Position numbers and translations under genes: made by a program
Part shown: piece by piece, positions 49,376-59,041 of the stretch
Numbering within the stretch: position 1 is the stretch's first letter
How the letters are laid out: each line of letters opens with the position of its first letter
Notes under the pieces: model-generated
What the model was told of the DNA's origin: nothing
Database searches by the model: none
What the model saw: the letters and a program-made list of their open reading frames with translations, nothing else
NCBI GenBank assembly: GCA_965216465.1
Contig: CBDCFW010000006.1
Location: forward strand, 710,440-774,439
Direction of reading: 5' to 3'
DNA: 64,000 nt
Origin: Bacteroidia bacterium
GTDB taxonomy: Bacteria > Bacteroidota > Bacteroidia > NS11-12g > UBA9320

Positions 49376-51240
49376 TAACGGCCGAAATGTATTAATAATA
49401 CTGAAATATCGGCTGGACTTACACCGCTTATTCTGGACGCTTGTCCAATACTTTCCGGTTTTATTTCAGAAAGCTTGTCTCTAGACTCTGCAGAAAGTGA
49501 ACTTACCTGGTTAAAATCAAAATCGTTAGGAATTTTAATATGTTCTAAACGAGTAAGTTTGGCTACGTTTTCTTGTTCGTTTTTAATATAGCCTTGGTAT
49601 TTAATCTCTATTTCAGCTTGTTGTAATTCATCTTCAGCGTAATGACCAATTAGAGAATTTACAGACTCTATTTCTAGTAGTTGAGGATACTTTAGTTGTG
49701 GCCGAGCAAGTATTTTGTCAAGTAGATAATTCTGAGGAATTTCAGATGTATTGTACTTGTTCAATATAGGGTTTGCTTGTTTTGGAGTTACGGTAGATTT
49801 TCGAATTGTTTTAATGGCTTGATTGATATTGCTTCGTTTTGATTCAAGCTTATCAAATTCTTCAGTAGATATAGTTCCAAGTTCATGAGCCTTAGGCATT
49901 AAACGTAAGTCTGCATTATCTTGTCTTAACAGAATTCTGTACTCGGCTCTGCTCGTGAACATTCTGTACGGTTCTTTTGTACCCTTATTTACAAGATCGT
50001 CAATCAAAACCCCAATATATGCTTCACCTCTGCCTAACACAAAAGGATCTTTGTTGTTAATCGAAAGATGAGCGTTAATTCCAGCCATAAGTCCTTGACA
50101 GGCAGCTTCTTCGTACCCAGTGGTACCGTTAATTTGACCTGCGAAAAACAGATTTTTAATCCCTTTAGTTTCTAATGACAGCTTAAGTTGAGTTGGAAAG
50201 AAAAAGTCGTATTCAATGGCATAACCAGGTCGAAATATTTTAGCTTGCTCGAACCCAGGAATTTTGCGTAATGCTTCGTACTGTACATCTTGAGGAAGAG
50301 AAGAACTAAATCCATTAATATAGGTTTCGACCGTGTTCCATCCTTCAGGTTCAACAAAAATTTGATGACGATCACGTTCTGCAAAACGGTTTATTTTGTC
50401 TTCAATTGAAGGGCAGTATCGCGGACCTATTGATTGAATAGTACCGTTATATAATGGAGATTCAGCTAAGTTATCTCGTAGAATATCGTGAACTTCTGGA
50501 TTGGTATACGTAATATGACAGCTGTGTTGACGCTTAATTTCTGTAGGTTCTCTGAATGAAAAACATCGTGGATTTTCGTCTCCCTTCTGTTCTTGCATTA
50601 CATCATAATTAATGCTTCTGCCATCCACTCTAGGAGGTGTTCCTGTTTTCATTCTTCCGCTCTCAAAACCCAGAGAGTTAAGTTGCTCGGTAATACCGTA
50701 TGAAGCCCTATCTCCCATTCTTCCTCCAGTCATTTGTTTCCGTCCGATGTGAATGATTCCATTCATAAAGGTTCCACTGGTTAAAACGACTGATTTGGCG
50801 TAGTATTTGTTTCCTGCTGTTGTTTCGACACCTTCTACCCTGTTTTGAGATATAATCATTTGATTAACAGAGTCTTGTACGAAATCAACGTTGATATTTT
50901 GTTCGAGAAGTTCTCTCCATTTCAATGAGAACATGGTACGATCATTTTGTGTACGTGGACTCCACATAGCAGGGCCTTTAGATGTGTTGAGCATCCTAAA
51001 CTGCATCATACTGTAATCAGCAACGATTCCAGACAGTCCACCAAGAGAATCTATCTCTCTCACTATCTGACCTTTAGCCACACCTCCCATCGCTGGGTTG
51101 CACGACATCTTGGCTATGGTTTCCATGTTCATGGTAATGAGTAATACCTTAGAGCCCATGGTTGCGGCAATGTTGGCGGCCTCACATCCTGCATGACCAG
51201 CACCAACTACTATAACATCATATGTATTCACTGTTTTCAC
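49375..51240 (-). CDS. mnmG: tRNA uridine-5-carboxymethylaminomethyl(34) synthesis enzyme MnmG (GidA)
   Basis: FAD-binding YDVIVVGAGHAGCEAA N-terminus; 621 aa. Confidence 0.9.
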   Translation of the reverse strand: MKTVNTYDVIVVGAGHAGCEAANIAATMGSKVLLITMNMETIAKMSCNPAMGGVAKGQIVREIDSLGGLSGIVADYSMMQFRMLNTSKGPAMWSPRTQNDRTMFSLKWRELLEQNINVDFVQDSVNQMIISQNRVEGVETTAGNKYYAKSVVLTSGTFMNGIIHIGRKQMTGGRMGDRASYGITEQLNSLGFESGRMKTGTPPRVDGRSINYDVMQEQKGDENPRCFSFREPTEIKRQHSCHITYTNPEVHDILRDNLAESPLYNGTIQSIGPRYCPSIEDKINRFAERDRHQIFVEPEGWNTVETYINGFSSSLPQDVQYEALRKIPGFEQAKIFRPGYAIEYDFFFPTQLKLSLETKGIKNLFFAGQINGTTGYEEAACQGLMAGINAHLSINNKDPFVLGRGEAYIGVLIDDLVNKGTKEPYRMFTSRAEYRILLRQDNADLRLMPKAHELGTISTEEFDKLESKRSNINQAIKTIRKSTVTPKQANPILNKYNTSEIPQNYLLDKILARPQLKYPQLLEIESVNSLIGHYAEDELQQAEIEIKYQGYIKNEQENVAKLTRLEHIKIPNDFDFNQVSSLSAESRDKLSEIKPESIGQASRISGVSPADISVLLIHFGR

Positions 51241-51665
51241 GTGGAACAGTGCAAAGCTAAATAGTGATTTTCAAGCTCTGACATTTTGTTTCTTTTCTCG
51301 GTTGTATCATCGGTGTGTCCTGCTAAGTGTAGCATTCCATGAATGCAGATGCGATGAAGTTCGGTATATAAGGTTGCCCCTACGTCTTCTGCATTTTCTT
51401 TTATTCGGTCTACACTTATTAGAACCTCACTAGCTTCCATGTCGGGATCATCGCTAAAGTCAAATGTTATTACGTCGGTGTAGTAATCGTGATTAAGCGA
51501 TTGGATGTTGACTTGAAGAAGCTCTTCGTCTGACATAAACACAAAACATACTGCTTTGTTCAGATTAAGATCGGTGAAAATGTTTGCTAAAGCTTGTGTA
51601 CTAATTAAGCTCTCTATTTCTGGGTAGGAAGATTGATAAAGCGTTTGAATATTATTTGAAGACAT
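51237..51665 (-). CDS. ybeY: rRNA maturation RNase YbeY
   Basis: HGMLHLAGHTD zinc-binding H3 motif. The ORF-track start at 51707 overlaps the upstream gene by 56 nt; the likely start is MSSNNIQ at 51665. Confidence 0.8.
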   Translation of the reverse strand: MSSNNIQTLYQSSYPEIESLISTQALANIFTDLNLNKAVCFVFMSDEELLQVNIQSLNHDYYTDVITFDFSDDPDMEASEVLISVDRIKENAEDVGATLYTELHRICIHGMLHLAGHTDDTTEKRNKMSELENHYLALHCST

Positions 51666-53355
51666 AGATATAGTCTTTGACCATTCTCTTTTCACCAAGC
51701 ACACCATAAATATGTGCTACATACATGTACATTCCATTTGGCACGGGTTCTCCATTGTAATCGCCATACCAGGGTTCGTTGGTTTTCTGGTTAGCGAGCA
51801 TTTCTCCCCATCGGTTGTAAATCATATAGAAAGATCGAGAGTGGTCTATTCCTTCACCGTAAATAATGAACCTGTTGTTCTCTGTTGTACGGTTAATTGC
51901 ATTTGGCATGTAATAGGTTAAAGGTGCTAGAATACATTCTGTATTTGACAAAGATGTTTTGAAATAACCAAAAGTATTCATGTTTTCAGTGGCTAGTACT
52001 CGATAGCAGCCGGATGAATCTGAGAAGTCAATGTTGTTGAAAGGAGTATCTTGTGTTCGAATAGTGTTCCACGTGAAACTACTACGCAGTTGTTTTTGCA
52101 GTTCGTATTTCTGAACTCCGCCGTCGAAGCCTCTATAATGGTTGTGGTTTTTGGCATATTCATCTCCAAATGCCAACCTTATGGTAGTTGCTTCGTTTGA
52201 CTCCATTATTGAATCTCCACAAACGTTCTCGACCGATATCTTGTAAACGTGGTGGTCTTCATGAACATTAACAGTAGGATTAAAACCAGTATACTGAATA
52301 ATGTTTTCGTCTACTACCTTAACATTGAAACGAGAAACATAGATTGAATTGTTGTCTGATCGATGTCCGTAGAAAACTTTCATGTCTGTTGCATTATCCA
52401 CTTCCCATTCCAAATGAACGTCGTGGTCGTTTACAACTGTTACTTGAGACAGATAGATATATGATGGCACTTCAAATGCTCTTGTTTCAACACAAGCAAT
52501 GTTTGAACTACTAGTGATTGTTCCACCTGGAGCATATGCTCTTATGTACAGACAAATGGTGTCTCCTAAAGTAATGCCGCCAATTTCATAGCTTGTTGTA
52601 GCTCCTCCTATCGTTCTAAATCTGGTATATGGCCCATGGTTGACAGACATCATAATGTGTTGACTATCAACGGCTTGCCAACCTTGATAACGGCTCCAGT
52701 TTATTCTTATTCGCCTGTCACAGGTATCTAGGCGTTCTGTTAAGCGCATAGCTCGATGCGGTGTAGATAATACAGTAGAAAGATTACAGCTGTCAAGTGC
52801 AGCCATTACAACAGGAAATACATTCAAAGGGTCTGTTGTTACCGTAAAATTTGTTCCTGTAGTGAATCCTATGGAATCTCCGTTCCCTGAGCTGTAGTCG
52901 TAAATCTCGTAGCCCTTGGTATCTGTACTTGTGTTCGGAGACCAGCCTGCTATAATGTTTTGAGTTGCTAAATCATAACTGAGTGAGTCCAACTCCTGAG
53001 GGTCAGGATAAGTTACGTCAATGGCTATGGTTTGAGATGTTGCACTGTCGAGCATATCACAGAGTGTATGCACAGTGATGTAGTACGATCGAGTAGTGTT
53101 TAGATCTGGGAGCTTATGCGGATATTCTGTAATTGCAATATTTGGAATAACTGCAATCCTGCTAAATGTTCCTCCATTTACATTTTCGTATAGCGAATAA
53201 TGAGTGAAAGATCCACATGCATCTGTGGGTGCTTGCCACGAAATGGTTACCACACTATCATTAAAATTGATGCAGCTACGTAACAAACGCGGTGCACTGT
53301 CTACTGCAAAAAGTGTAGTAGTCCAAAAAATGAATATAAAACTGAGATATCTCAA
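51652..53355 (-). CDS. Secreted protein with T9SS type-B (gliding-motility-associated) C-terminal domain
   Basis: N-terminal signal. The C-terminal ~80 aa (NRFIIYGEGIDHSRSFYMIYNRWGEMLA...YVFK) match the CHU_C / type-B T9SS sorting domain. Internal FN3/Ig-like repeats. Confidence 0.6.
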   Translation of the reverse strand: MRYLSFIFIFWTTTLFAVDSAPRLLRSCINFNDSVVTISWQAPTDACGSFTHYSLYENVNGGTFSRIAVIPNIAITEYPHKLPDLNTTRSYYITVHTLCDMLDSATSQTIAIDVTYPDPQELDSLSYDLATQNIIAGWSPNTSTDTKGYEIYDYSSGNGDSIGFTTGTNFTVTTDPLNVFPVVMAALDSCNLSTVLSTPHRAMRLTERLDTCDRRIRINWSRYQGWQAVDSQHIMMSVNHGPYTRFRTIGGATTSYEIGGITLGDTICLYIRAYAPGGTITSSSNIACVETRAFEVPSYIYLSQVTVVNDHDVHLEWEVDNATDMKVFYGHRSDNNSIYVSRFNVKVVDENIIQYTGFNPTVNVHEDHHVYKISVENVCGDSIMESNEATTIRLAFGDEYAKNHNHYRGFDGGVQKYELQKQLRSSFTWNTIRTQDTPFNNIDFSDSSGCYRVLATENMNTFGYFKTSLSNTECILAPLTYYMPNAINRTTENNRFIIYGEGIDHSRSFYMIYNRWGEMLANQKTNEPWYGDYNGEPVPNGMYMYVAHIYGVLGEKRMVKDYIYVFK

Positions 53356-53417
53356 TTGGGTAAGGATTGTCTGTTATAACGTATTTACTTTGCAAAAATT
53401 GCAATAATCATCGAAGA

Positions 53418-54185
53418 ATGAAAGGAAAGAAGTTCGATATGTCAAGAGAAGATGCAGGAAGTGTACAAGATATCAGACTGAATAAGTACATTTCGAATGC
53501 CGGAATTTGCAGCCGGAGAGCCGCCGATAAGTTAATCGAGGAAGGCCGAGTAAAGGTGAATGGTAAGGTTGTTAAATCTCTTGGTGTACGGGTGAGCAGT
53601 TCCGATAAGGTGTTGGTAGACAACAACGTAATATCAAGCGGAGAGAAGGTTTATGTGTTGATGAATAAACCTCGTGGAACAATTTGTACACGAAAAGATG
53701 AGAATGATCGTAAGACCGTAATCGATATCTTGCCAGAGCGTTTAAAGCATCTATACCCGGTTGGTAGATTAGATAGAAATACCACCGGAGTGTTGCTACT
53801 TACAAATGACGGAACTTTGACCCAAAATCTCCTGCACCCCTCTAAAAAGGTAAAAAAGATATACAAAGCCAAGGTGTCTAAACGGTTGAGTCAAGAAGAG
53901 TTAGATCAACTTGCAAGTGGAATTCAGTTGGACGACGGAATTAGCAAATTCGACAAGGTGGTTGAGTTAATGGAAGATAATGAATTTAGATACGGAATAG
54001 AGATACATTCAGGCAAGAATAGGATTATTCGACGCACCTTCGAAGCGCTTGGAAACCAGGTTATTAAGCTGGATCGCGTACGCTTTCATAACTTCGACAA
54101 AAGGGGACTTAAAAAAGGGCAATGGAGAGAACTCAAAGAAAAGGAAGTAAAGACCTTAGAAGTCTATCTTAGAACTAAAAAATAA
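53418..54185 (+). CDS. RsuA/RluB-family rRNA pseudouridine synthase with S4 domain
   Basis: S4 RNA-binding motif (IRLNKYISNAGICSRRAADKLIEEGRVKVNG); catalytic RLDRNTTGVLLLTNDG. In-frame alternative starts at 53367 and 53439. Confidence 0.75.
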   Translation: MKGKKFDMSREDAGSVQDIRLNKYISNAGICSRRAADKLIEEGRVKVNGKVVKSLGVRVSSSDKVLVDNNVISSGEKVYVLMNKPRGTICTRKDENDRKTVIDILPERLKHLYPVGRLDRNTTGVLLLTNDGTLTQNLLHPSKKVKKIYKAKVSKRLSQEELDQLASGIQLDDGISKFDKVVELMEDNEFRYGIEIHSGKNRIIRRTFEALGNQVIKLDRVRFHNFDKRGLKKGQWRELKEKEVKTLEVYLRTKK

Positions 54186-54206
54186 ATAACATCGTATTTT
54201 TGAACC

Positions 54207-55094
54207 ATGTTGAAAAAACTAGCACTCTTTGCATTTACACTCTTTACAATTGTTGGGTGTATTGAGACTCTTCCTCCTGTAAACTTTGGAGGGAACAGTG
54301 CAGCTATTCTTAAAGACACAGTTTATCAGCTTCCCGAAGCAAGTATTCCTAGTCCTGACCTAAAAAACATTTTAATAGAAGACCTTACAGGAGTGAGATG
54401 TTCAAACTGCCCAACAGCAGCCGCATCAGCTAAGCAAGTGAAAGATACCTTTGGTAACAGGGTAGTTGTTTTGGGGTTATATCCTACAGACCCAAACAAC
54501 TTGACTTTCCCTTATTCAGGAGATGAAGACCTAAGAAAAAAAGACGCACAATTAATCGGTGCGAATATCTACGATTTTGCAAACCAACTACCAGCTGGAG
54601 GAGTAAATAGAAGACAGTTTTCAGGCCAACCGAACCTTAACTACAATTACAACCTCTGGTTAAACGGTGCTATTGAAATTTACAACGAAGCAGCATTAGT
54701 CAATATCGAACTCACATCTACCAAAGTAGACGATTCAACATACGATGTAGGGGCTAAATTCATTTTCACAAAAGAACCTGATTTTACTCCTTTTGTTACA
54801 ATTGCTCTTCTAGAAGATCATATCACAGCCACGCAGAAACAGCCAGATAATAGTGAAGATGCTAACTACGTTCACGAACATGTCTTTCGTCAAATGTACA
54901 CACCGTACAATGGAGAACCTTTAGTTCCTTCAACAGGTATGCAGCCTGATAGAGGTGTTGTAGTTGAGAAACTGTGGCAAGTGGTTGTACCAGATTATGT
55001 TAATCATGATGAAGCCAGCGTTGCAGTATTTTTGAACTATAATGATGCTGCTAGTAAAGAGGTTCTTCAATGTCTGGAAATAAAACTGAAGTAG
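54207..55094 (+). CDS. Hypothetical lipoprotein
   Basis: Lipobox FTIVGC; CSNCPTAA motif; 295 aa; no confident family assignment. Confidence 0.4.
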   Translation: MLKKLALFAFTLFTIVGCIETLPPVNFGGNSAAILKDTVYQLPEASIPSPDLKNILIEDLTGVRCSNCPTAAASAKQVKDTFGNRVVVLGLYPTDPNNLTFPYSGDEDLRKKDAQLIGANIYDFANQLPAGGVNRRQFSGQPNLNYNYNLWLNGAIEIYNEAALVNIELTSTKVDDSTYDVGAKFIFTKEPDFTPFVTIALLEDHITATQKQPDNSEDANYVHEHVFRQMYTPYNGEPLVPSTGMQPDRGVVVEKLWQVVVPDYVNHDEASVAVFLNYNDAASKEVLQCLEIKLK

Positions 55095-55972
55095 CAAACA
55101 AGCACCTCGTCGAGGATTTTATAGCACATCTCAGTTTAGAGCGATCGCTTAGCGAAAACACGATTTCCGCATATCGTTCTGACCTTCAAAAACTTCAAAA
55201 CTATATCGAGAATAAATCGCTATTAGCGGTTGATCATCAACAAGTTGTAGGATTTCTAGAATTTTTGGAGCAGGTGGGTTTGTCTACCCGGTCAATGGCT
55301 CGAATAATTTCAGGACTCAAGTCATTTTATAAGTACCTTCTTTCAGAAAACCAGGTAAATACTAGTCCGCTACAAACTATCGATACACCAAAGTTAGCGA
55401 AACATCTTCCCGAAGTTTTAAGCCATGAAGAAATCACGGCTATGCTTGAGCAAATAGATTTTTCAAAAAAAGCAGGGGAGAGGAGCAAGGCTATAATTAT
55501 GCTAATGTATGGATCAGGTTTGCGGGTTTCTGAGTTAATTGAGCTGAAAATGAACGACTTATACCTAGAAGATGGATTCATTAAAGTTTTAGGAAAAGGA
55601 AACAAAGAACGACTTGTACCCATTGGGGCAAAAACTATTCGTCAGATCAATTACTACCTGAGAGGATACCGTGATGAATTTGACAAATTCAATTCGCCTT
55701 ACCTCATACTCAATCAACAAGGTAAAAAACTAAGTAGAATATCCGTATTCAAGCTTATTAAAGACTTGGCTGCAAAAGCACAAATAACCAAAAACATAAG
55801 CCCACACACACTAAGGCATTCATTTGCCACTGTGCTAATTGAGGCGGGGGCGGACTTACGTGCTGTGCAACAAATGCTCGGCCACGAAAGCATAACAACA
55901 ACCGAAATTTATACACATTTAGACCGAAGCTATCTTAAAACTGTAATAGAACAATTTCACCCAAGATCATGA
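55070..55972 (+). CDS. xerD: Tyrosine site-specific recombinase XerC/XerD
   Basis: C-terminal catalytic R...HSFAT...LGHESITTTEIYTHL with the Tyr nucleophile; N-terminal SAM-like domain; 300 aa; no flanking mobile-element genes. Confidence 0.8.
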   Translation: MSGNKTEVANKHLVEDFIAHLSLERSLSENTISAYRSDLQKLQNYIENKSLLAVDHQQVVGFLEFLEQVGLSTRSMARIISGLKSFYKYLLSENQVNTSPLQTIDTPKLAKHLPEVLSHEEITAMLEQIDFSKKAGERSKAIIMLMYGSGLRVSELIELKMNDLYLEDGFIKVLGKGNKERLVPIGAKTIRQINYYLRGYRDEFDKFNSPYLILNQQGKKLSRISVFKLIKDLAAKAQITKNISPHTLRHSFATVLIEAGADLRAVQQMLGHESITTTEIYTHLDRSYLKTVIEQFHPRS

Positions 55973-56274
55973 TCATATACAACGTCACATTAAGTATTCG
56001 CCCAGACCTCGAAAAAGAGGTAATTCAATGGTTAAAAGAAGAGCATATTCCTGAAGTGATGCAAACAAATCTGTTTGTTGATTACACCATGTTTAAAGTT
56101 CTAGAATCTCCTAATGCTCCAACGCATAACTCATTTGCCATTCAATACAGGCTGAATTCTTGGGAAGATTTTGAAACCTATCAAAACAACCATGCAGCTG
56201 CTTTAAAGGCTAAAACTCAAGAAAAATATGGTGAAAATGTGTTAGCCTTTCGAACTTTTTTGGAAAGTATTTAA
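55969..56274 (+). CDS. DUF4286-family protein
   Basis: 101 aa; N-terminus MIIYNVTLSIRPDLEKEVIQWLKEEHIPEV typical of the family. Confidence 0.45.
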   Translation: MIIYNVTLSIRPDLEKEVIQWLKEEHIPEVMQTNLFVDYTMFKVLESPNAPTHNSFAIQYRLNSWEDFETYQNNHAAALKAKTQEKYGENVLAFRTFLESI

Positions 56275-57528
56275 AAGTCGACTCCAACCCTCAGCTGAGA
56301 GTATTGAGAACAGTATTAGGCAAGGTATAAAGAACCGTGCGGCACCAATAGGTCCTGTTATGCCTACAAAGTAGATGCATGTAGCTATTATTATCCAATG
56401 ATTCTTGGTGATATTTTTAAAGATAAATAGTCCTCCTATAACCTTCAAGATGTTGATAATCAACAACAAAACAAATAGAATGCTTAACACTGGCTTCGAC
56501 CACATGGCATTAGCAAGTTCATTCCACTGACGGGCATAGAGTAACTCAGTTAGACTACGTTCAGCTGTTGGAGCTCCGGAATAGGTATAGAGCTCATAAC
56601 GACCAGGATCTAATATCATCTTTACCGACCCAATAATGTGAACTTTAAGGTAGGCACCGAGATTTTCTATTATGGCAGATTTGCCAGCTTCTTGTAAGTT
56701 GTTCTTGTACATTTTGTATTGCTGATCATCTCTTGGAATTTGATAAATATTTGAAGAGGTGAATGCCTGAGCTGAATCAAATCCATAAGCGTTGGCAATT
56801 GTAAGCTTAGCATTGTATTGAGCAATGTTTATTGTGCTTATACTGCTGTATTCTGAAACTCCAGAAAAATTCTTGTTAAGAAGTGACACCCCAATAACAA
56901 CTACGATTGGTGCTAGCAAGGAGGGGATAAACCGTTTATGCCTAATCAGAACATATACAAACGCAATCACAAAAAACGCTAAAGCGGGCATCATCACAGG
57001 TTTGACTAAAACAGCGATTATCATCAGAAGCGAAAGCAAAAGGCAGCGTGTCCTTAAGTCAAGCTTTGATGTAATTAAAATACTGATCAATACGGTTACC
57101 GAAGTCATCAAAACCAAGTCGGCCAGAATAAGTTGACTATGAATAATTAGCACAGGCGATAATAGCATCAGCCAGGAATATATTTTATACGATAAGGTGT
57201 TGGATTTCAACGATTTAAGTACATCTAGTCCTGCAAAAAAACATAGTACAAGAAGAAGACTTTGGGCTAGGATGACAAGCCACGAAAGATTCCAATTGTA
57301 AATTTGAAAAATAGGATATCCAGGGGTGCGTTTACTATATAACCGATAATCGACTTCTTGCATTAAATCACCGCTATAGAGTACGTTATGCTCGTAGAAA
57401 TTTTGAGCTGCAAACTGATACTCAATAGAGTCAAATATCAAAGGATAAGGTTGAGTTGAGCTATAAATGCTAGCCCCAACTATTAATAGCAAAAAAGCTA
57501 TGAAGTGCTTCTTCAATCCTGATGACAT
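56242..57528 (-). CDS. Polytopic membrane protein, probable GT-C-fold glycosyltransferase (distant ArnT/PMT-like)
   Basis: At least 10 predicted TM helices; first periplasmic loop with an acidic D-x-x-E-Y motif; tandem with a GT39 gene. Confidence 0.4.
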   Translation of the reverse strand: MSSGLKKHFIAFLLLIVGASIYSSTQPYPLIFDSIEYQFAAQNFYEHNVLYSGDLMQEVDYRLYSKRTPGYPIFQIYNWNLSWLVILAQSLLLVLCFFAGLDVLKSLKSNTLSYKIYSWLMLLSPVLIIHSQLILADLVLMTSVTVLISILITSKLDLRTRCLLLSLLMIIAVLVKPVMMPALAFFVIAFVYVLIRHKRFIPSLLAPIVVVIGVSLLNKNFSGVSEYSSISTINIAQYNAKLTIANAYGFDSAQAFTSSNIYQIPRDDQQYKMYKNNLQEAGKSAIIENLGAYLKVHIIGSVKMILDPGRYELYTYSGAPTAERSLTELLYARQWNELANAMWSKPVLSILFVLLLIINILKVIGGLFIFKNITKNHWIIIATCIYFVGITGPIGAARFFIPCLILFSILSAEGWSRLLNTFQKSSKG

Positions 57529-57578
57529 TTAACAAAGCTGCAAGAAATCTATCTTAATTCAAATATTGAAGTCATTTT

Positions 57579-59036
57579 TTAAGGCGTTTTTCTTTCGATG
57601 TGAATCAATTTAGTGTTCTCATTTAGACTGTCAATGGTATGCAAATGGTAGTTCGTACTTAGGGTATCTTGAGTGGATTTGTAAGTGATGAGAAGCGTGT
57701 CTCCAGATTGAATGTTATAAATTCTCACACGCTCAAGATCAATACCGGTTTCTTTTTTCAATTTTCTAACATAAAAGATATGAGGCTCAAGGCCATAATC
57801 TAAGTCGAGTAAAATTTGCGTATTGTGGGTTATTTGATTTCTTAATCTGTCGTTTTTCAAAAAGTAGGATATTCCATTAGCCTCCCATTCATAGTATCTT
57901 TCTGTTGGGAGAACTGACCATTGATGGGCTTTTGAATAGGGGTAGTATGCTAACCCTAACACCGCTATCGCTTGAATCACTATGTTTTTAGTTACTTGGT
58001 TAAAAACTACAAAAAGAGATATGGAAAGGAGGCTTGCAAGAATTGGAAATATCGGTGCATCGTACCAAAAATTCTTAGTCCCTAGAGATATAATAACCAT
58101 AAAAAACCCACCAATTAATAGCAAATTCAAGTACGTCTTGCGAATAGTTGTTTTGAAGACTAAAGGAAATATCAAAGCAGGCAATAAGTAAACCCAAAAC
58201 CTAAACTGCTCAGTTCGAATTAGGTTGAAGTAATACCAAAATCCTTCATCTCTAAATTGAAGATTATCACTTTTATTAATGTATCGGGGGAACAGCTCGT
58301 CATTCCAAACTAAAGACAAATATCCAGGTTGTTGAACTTCTCTTAAACCGTAATATACCACCAATGGGAAAAGACCAGCGAGTAGGGCCAAGTAAAAATG
58401 CTTATTGGTGAGCGTAGTCTTCAAATGACCACTAAGTATCAAGCAAGCCAACAAACCAGGAAACAAGACCATAATGGCGATACTTTTAGTCAATATGCCC
58501 GCACAAGTGACCAGAGCTATTCCGTATAATCGCGTTGATTTGGGATCTTTTAAGTACTCGAGAAAAAGATATATGAGCCAAGTACAAAACAATACTAACA
58601 AAGCATCATGATCCCCAAACCGACCTACATGACGACCATAAAAACCGAAGCTGGTAACAGCAATTGCAGCACCCAATAAACCAAAGGCAAGATTTCTTGT
58701 TGATCGATAAACAATTAGAAATATAAAGAGCATCGAACCCAGTGATGCAAGTACTGATGGAAGTCGAATGGCTAGCTCGGTATAACCAAAGAAATGTATG
58801 CCAATTACTTGCAACCAAGTGAGTAGGGGAGGTTTAAGGTTATAAGTCTCAGGCTCATAGTCAAATGTTCGAATAAGGTAGTTGCCAGACTCGTACATTT
58901 CAACCGCGTTAACGGCATTTCGGGCCTCATCCCAAATTCTCAATGGAAGAGAGTCTACCTTAAGCCATAAGGGCACACTTAAAACTCCAAAAGAAACCAG
59001 AATGATTAAAAGTTTTGTTGTGTGTTGACGAGACAT
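57579..59036 (-). CDS. Glycosyltransferase family 39 (ArnT/PMT_2-like) membrane protein
   Basis: N-terminal TM, then RIWDEARNAVNA (DE motif of GT-C/PMT_2) ...LKPPLLTWL; polytopic; 485 aa. Confidence 0.65.
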   Translation of the reverse strand: MSRQHTTKLLIILVSFGVLSVPLWLKVDSLPLRIWDEARNAVNAVEMYESGNYLIRTFDYEPETYNLKPPLLTWLQVIGIHFFGYTELAIRLPSVLASLGSMLFIFLIVYRSTRNLAFGLLGAAIAVTSFGFYGRHVGRFGDHDALLVLFCTWLIYLFLEYLKDPKSTRLYGIALVTCAGILTKSIAIMVLFPGLLACLILSGHLKTTLTNKHFYLALLAGLFPLVVYYGLREVQQPGYLSLVWNDELFPRYINKSDNLQFRDEGFWYYFNLIRTEQFRFWVYLLPALIFPLVFKTTIRKTYLNLLLIGGFFMVIISLGTKNFWYDAPIFPILASLLSISLFVVFNQVTKNIVIQAIAVLGLAYYPYSKAHQWSVLPTERYYEWEANGISYFLKNDRLRNQITHNTQILLDLDYGLEPHIFYVRKLKKETGIDLERVRIYNIQSGDTLLITYKSTQDTLSTNYHLHTIDSLNENTKLIHIERKTP

Positions 59037-59041
59037 TAAGG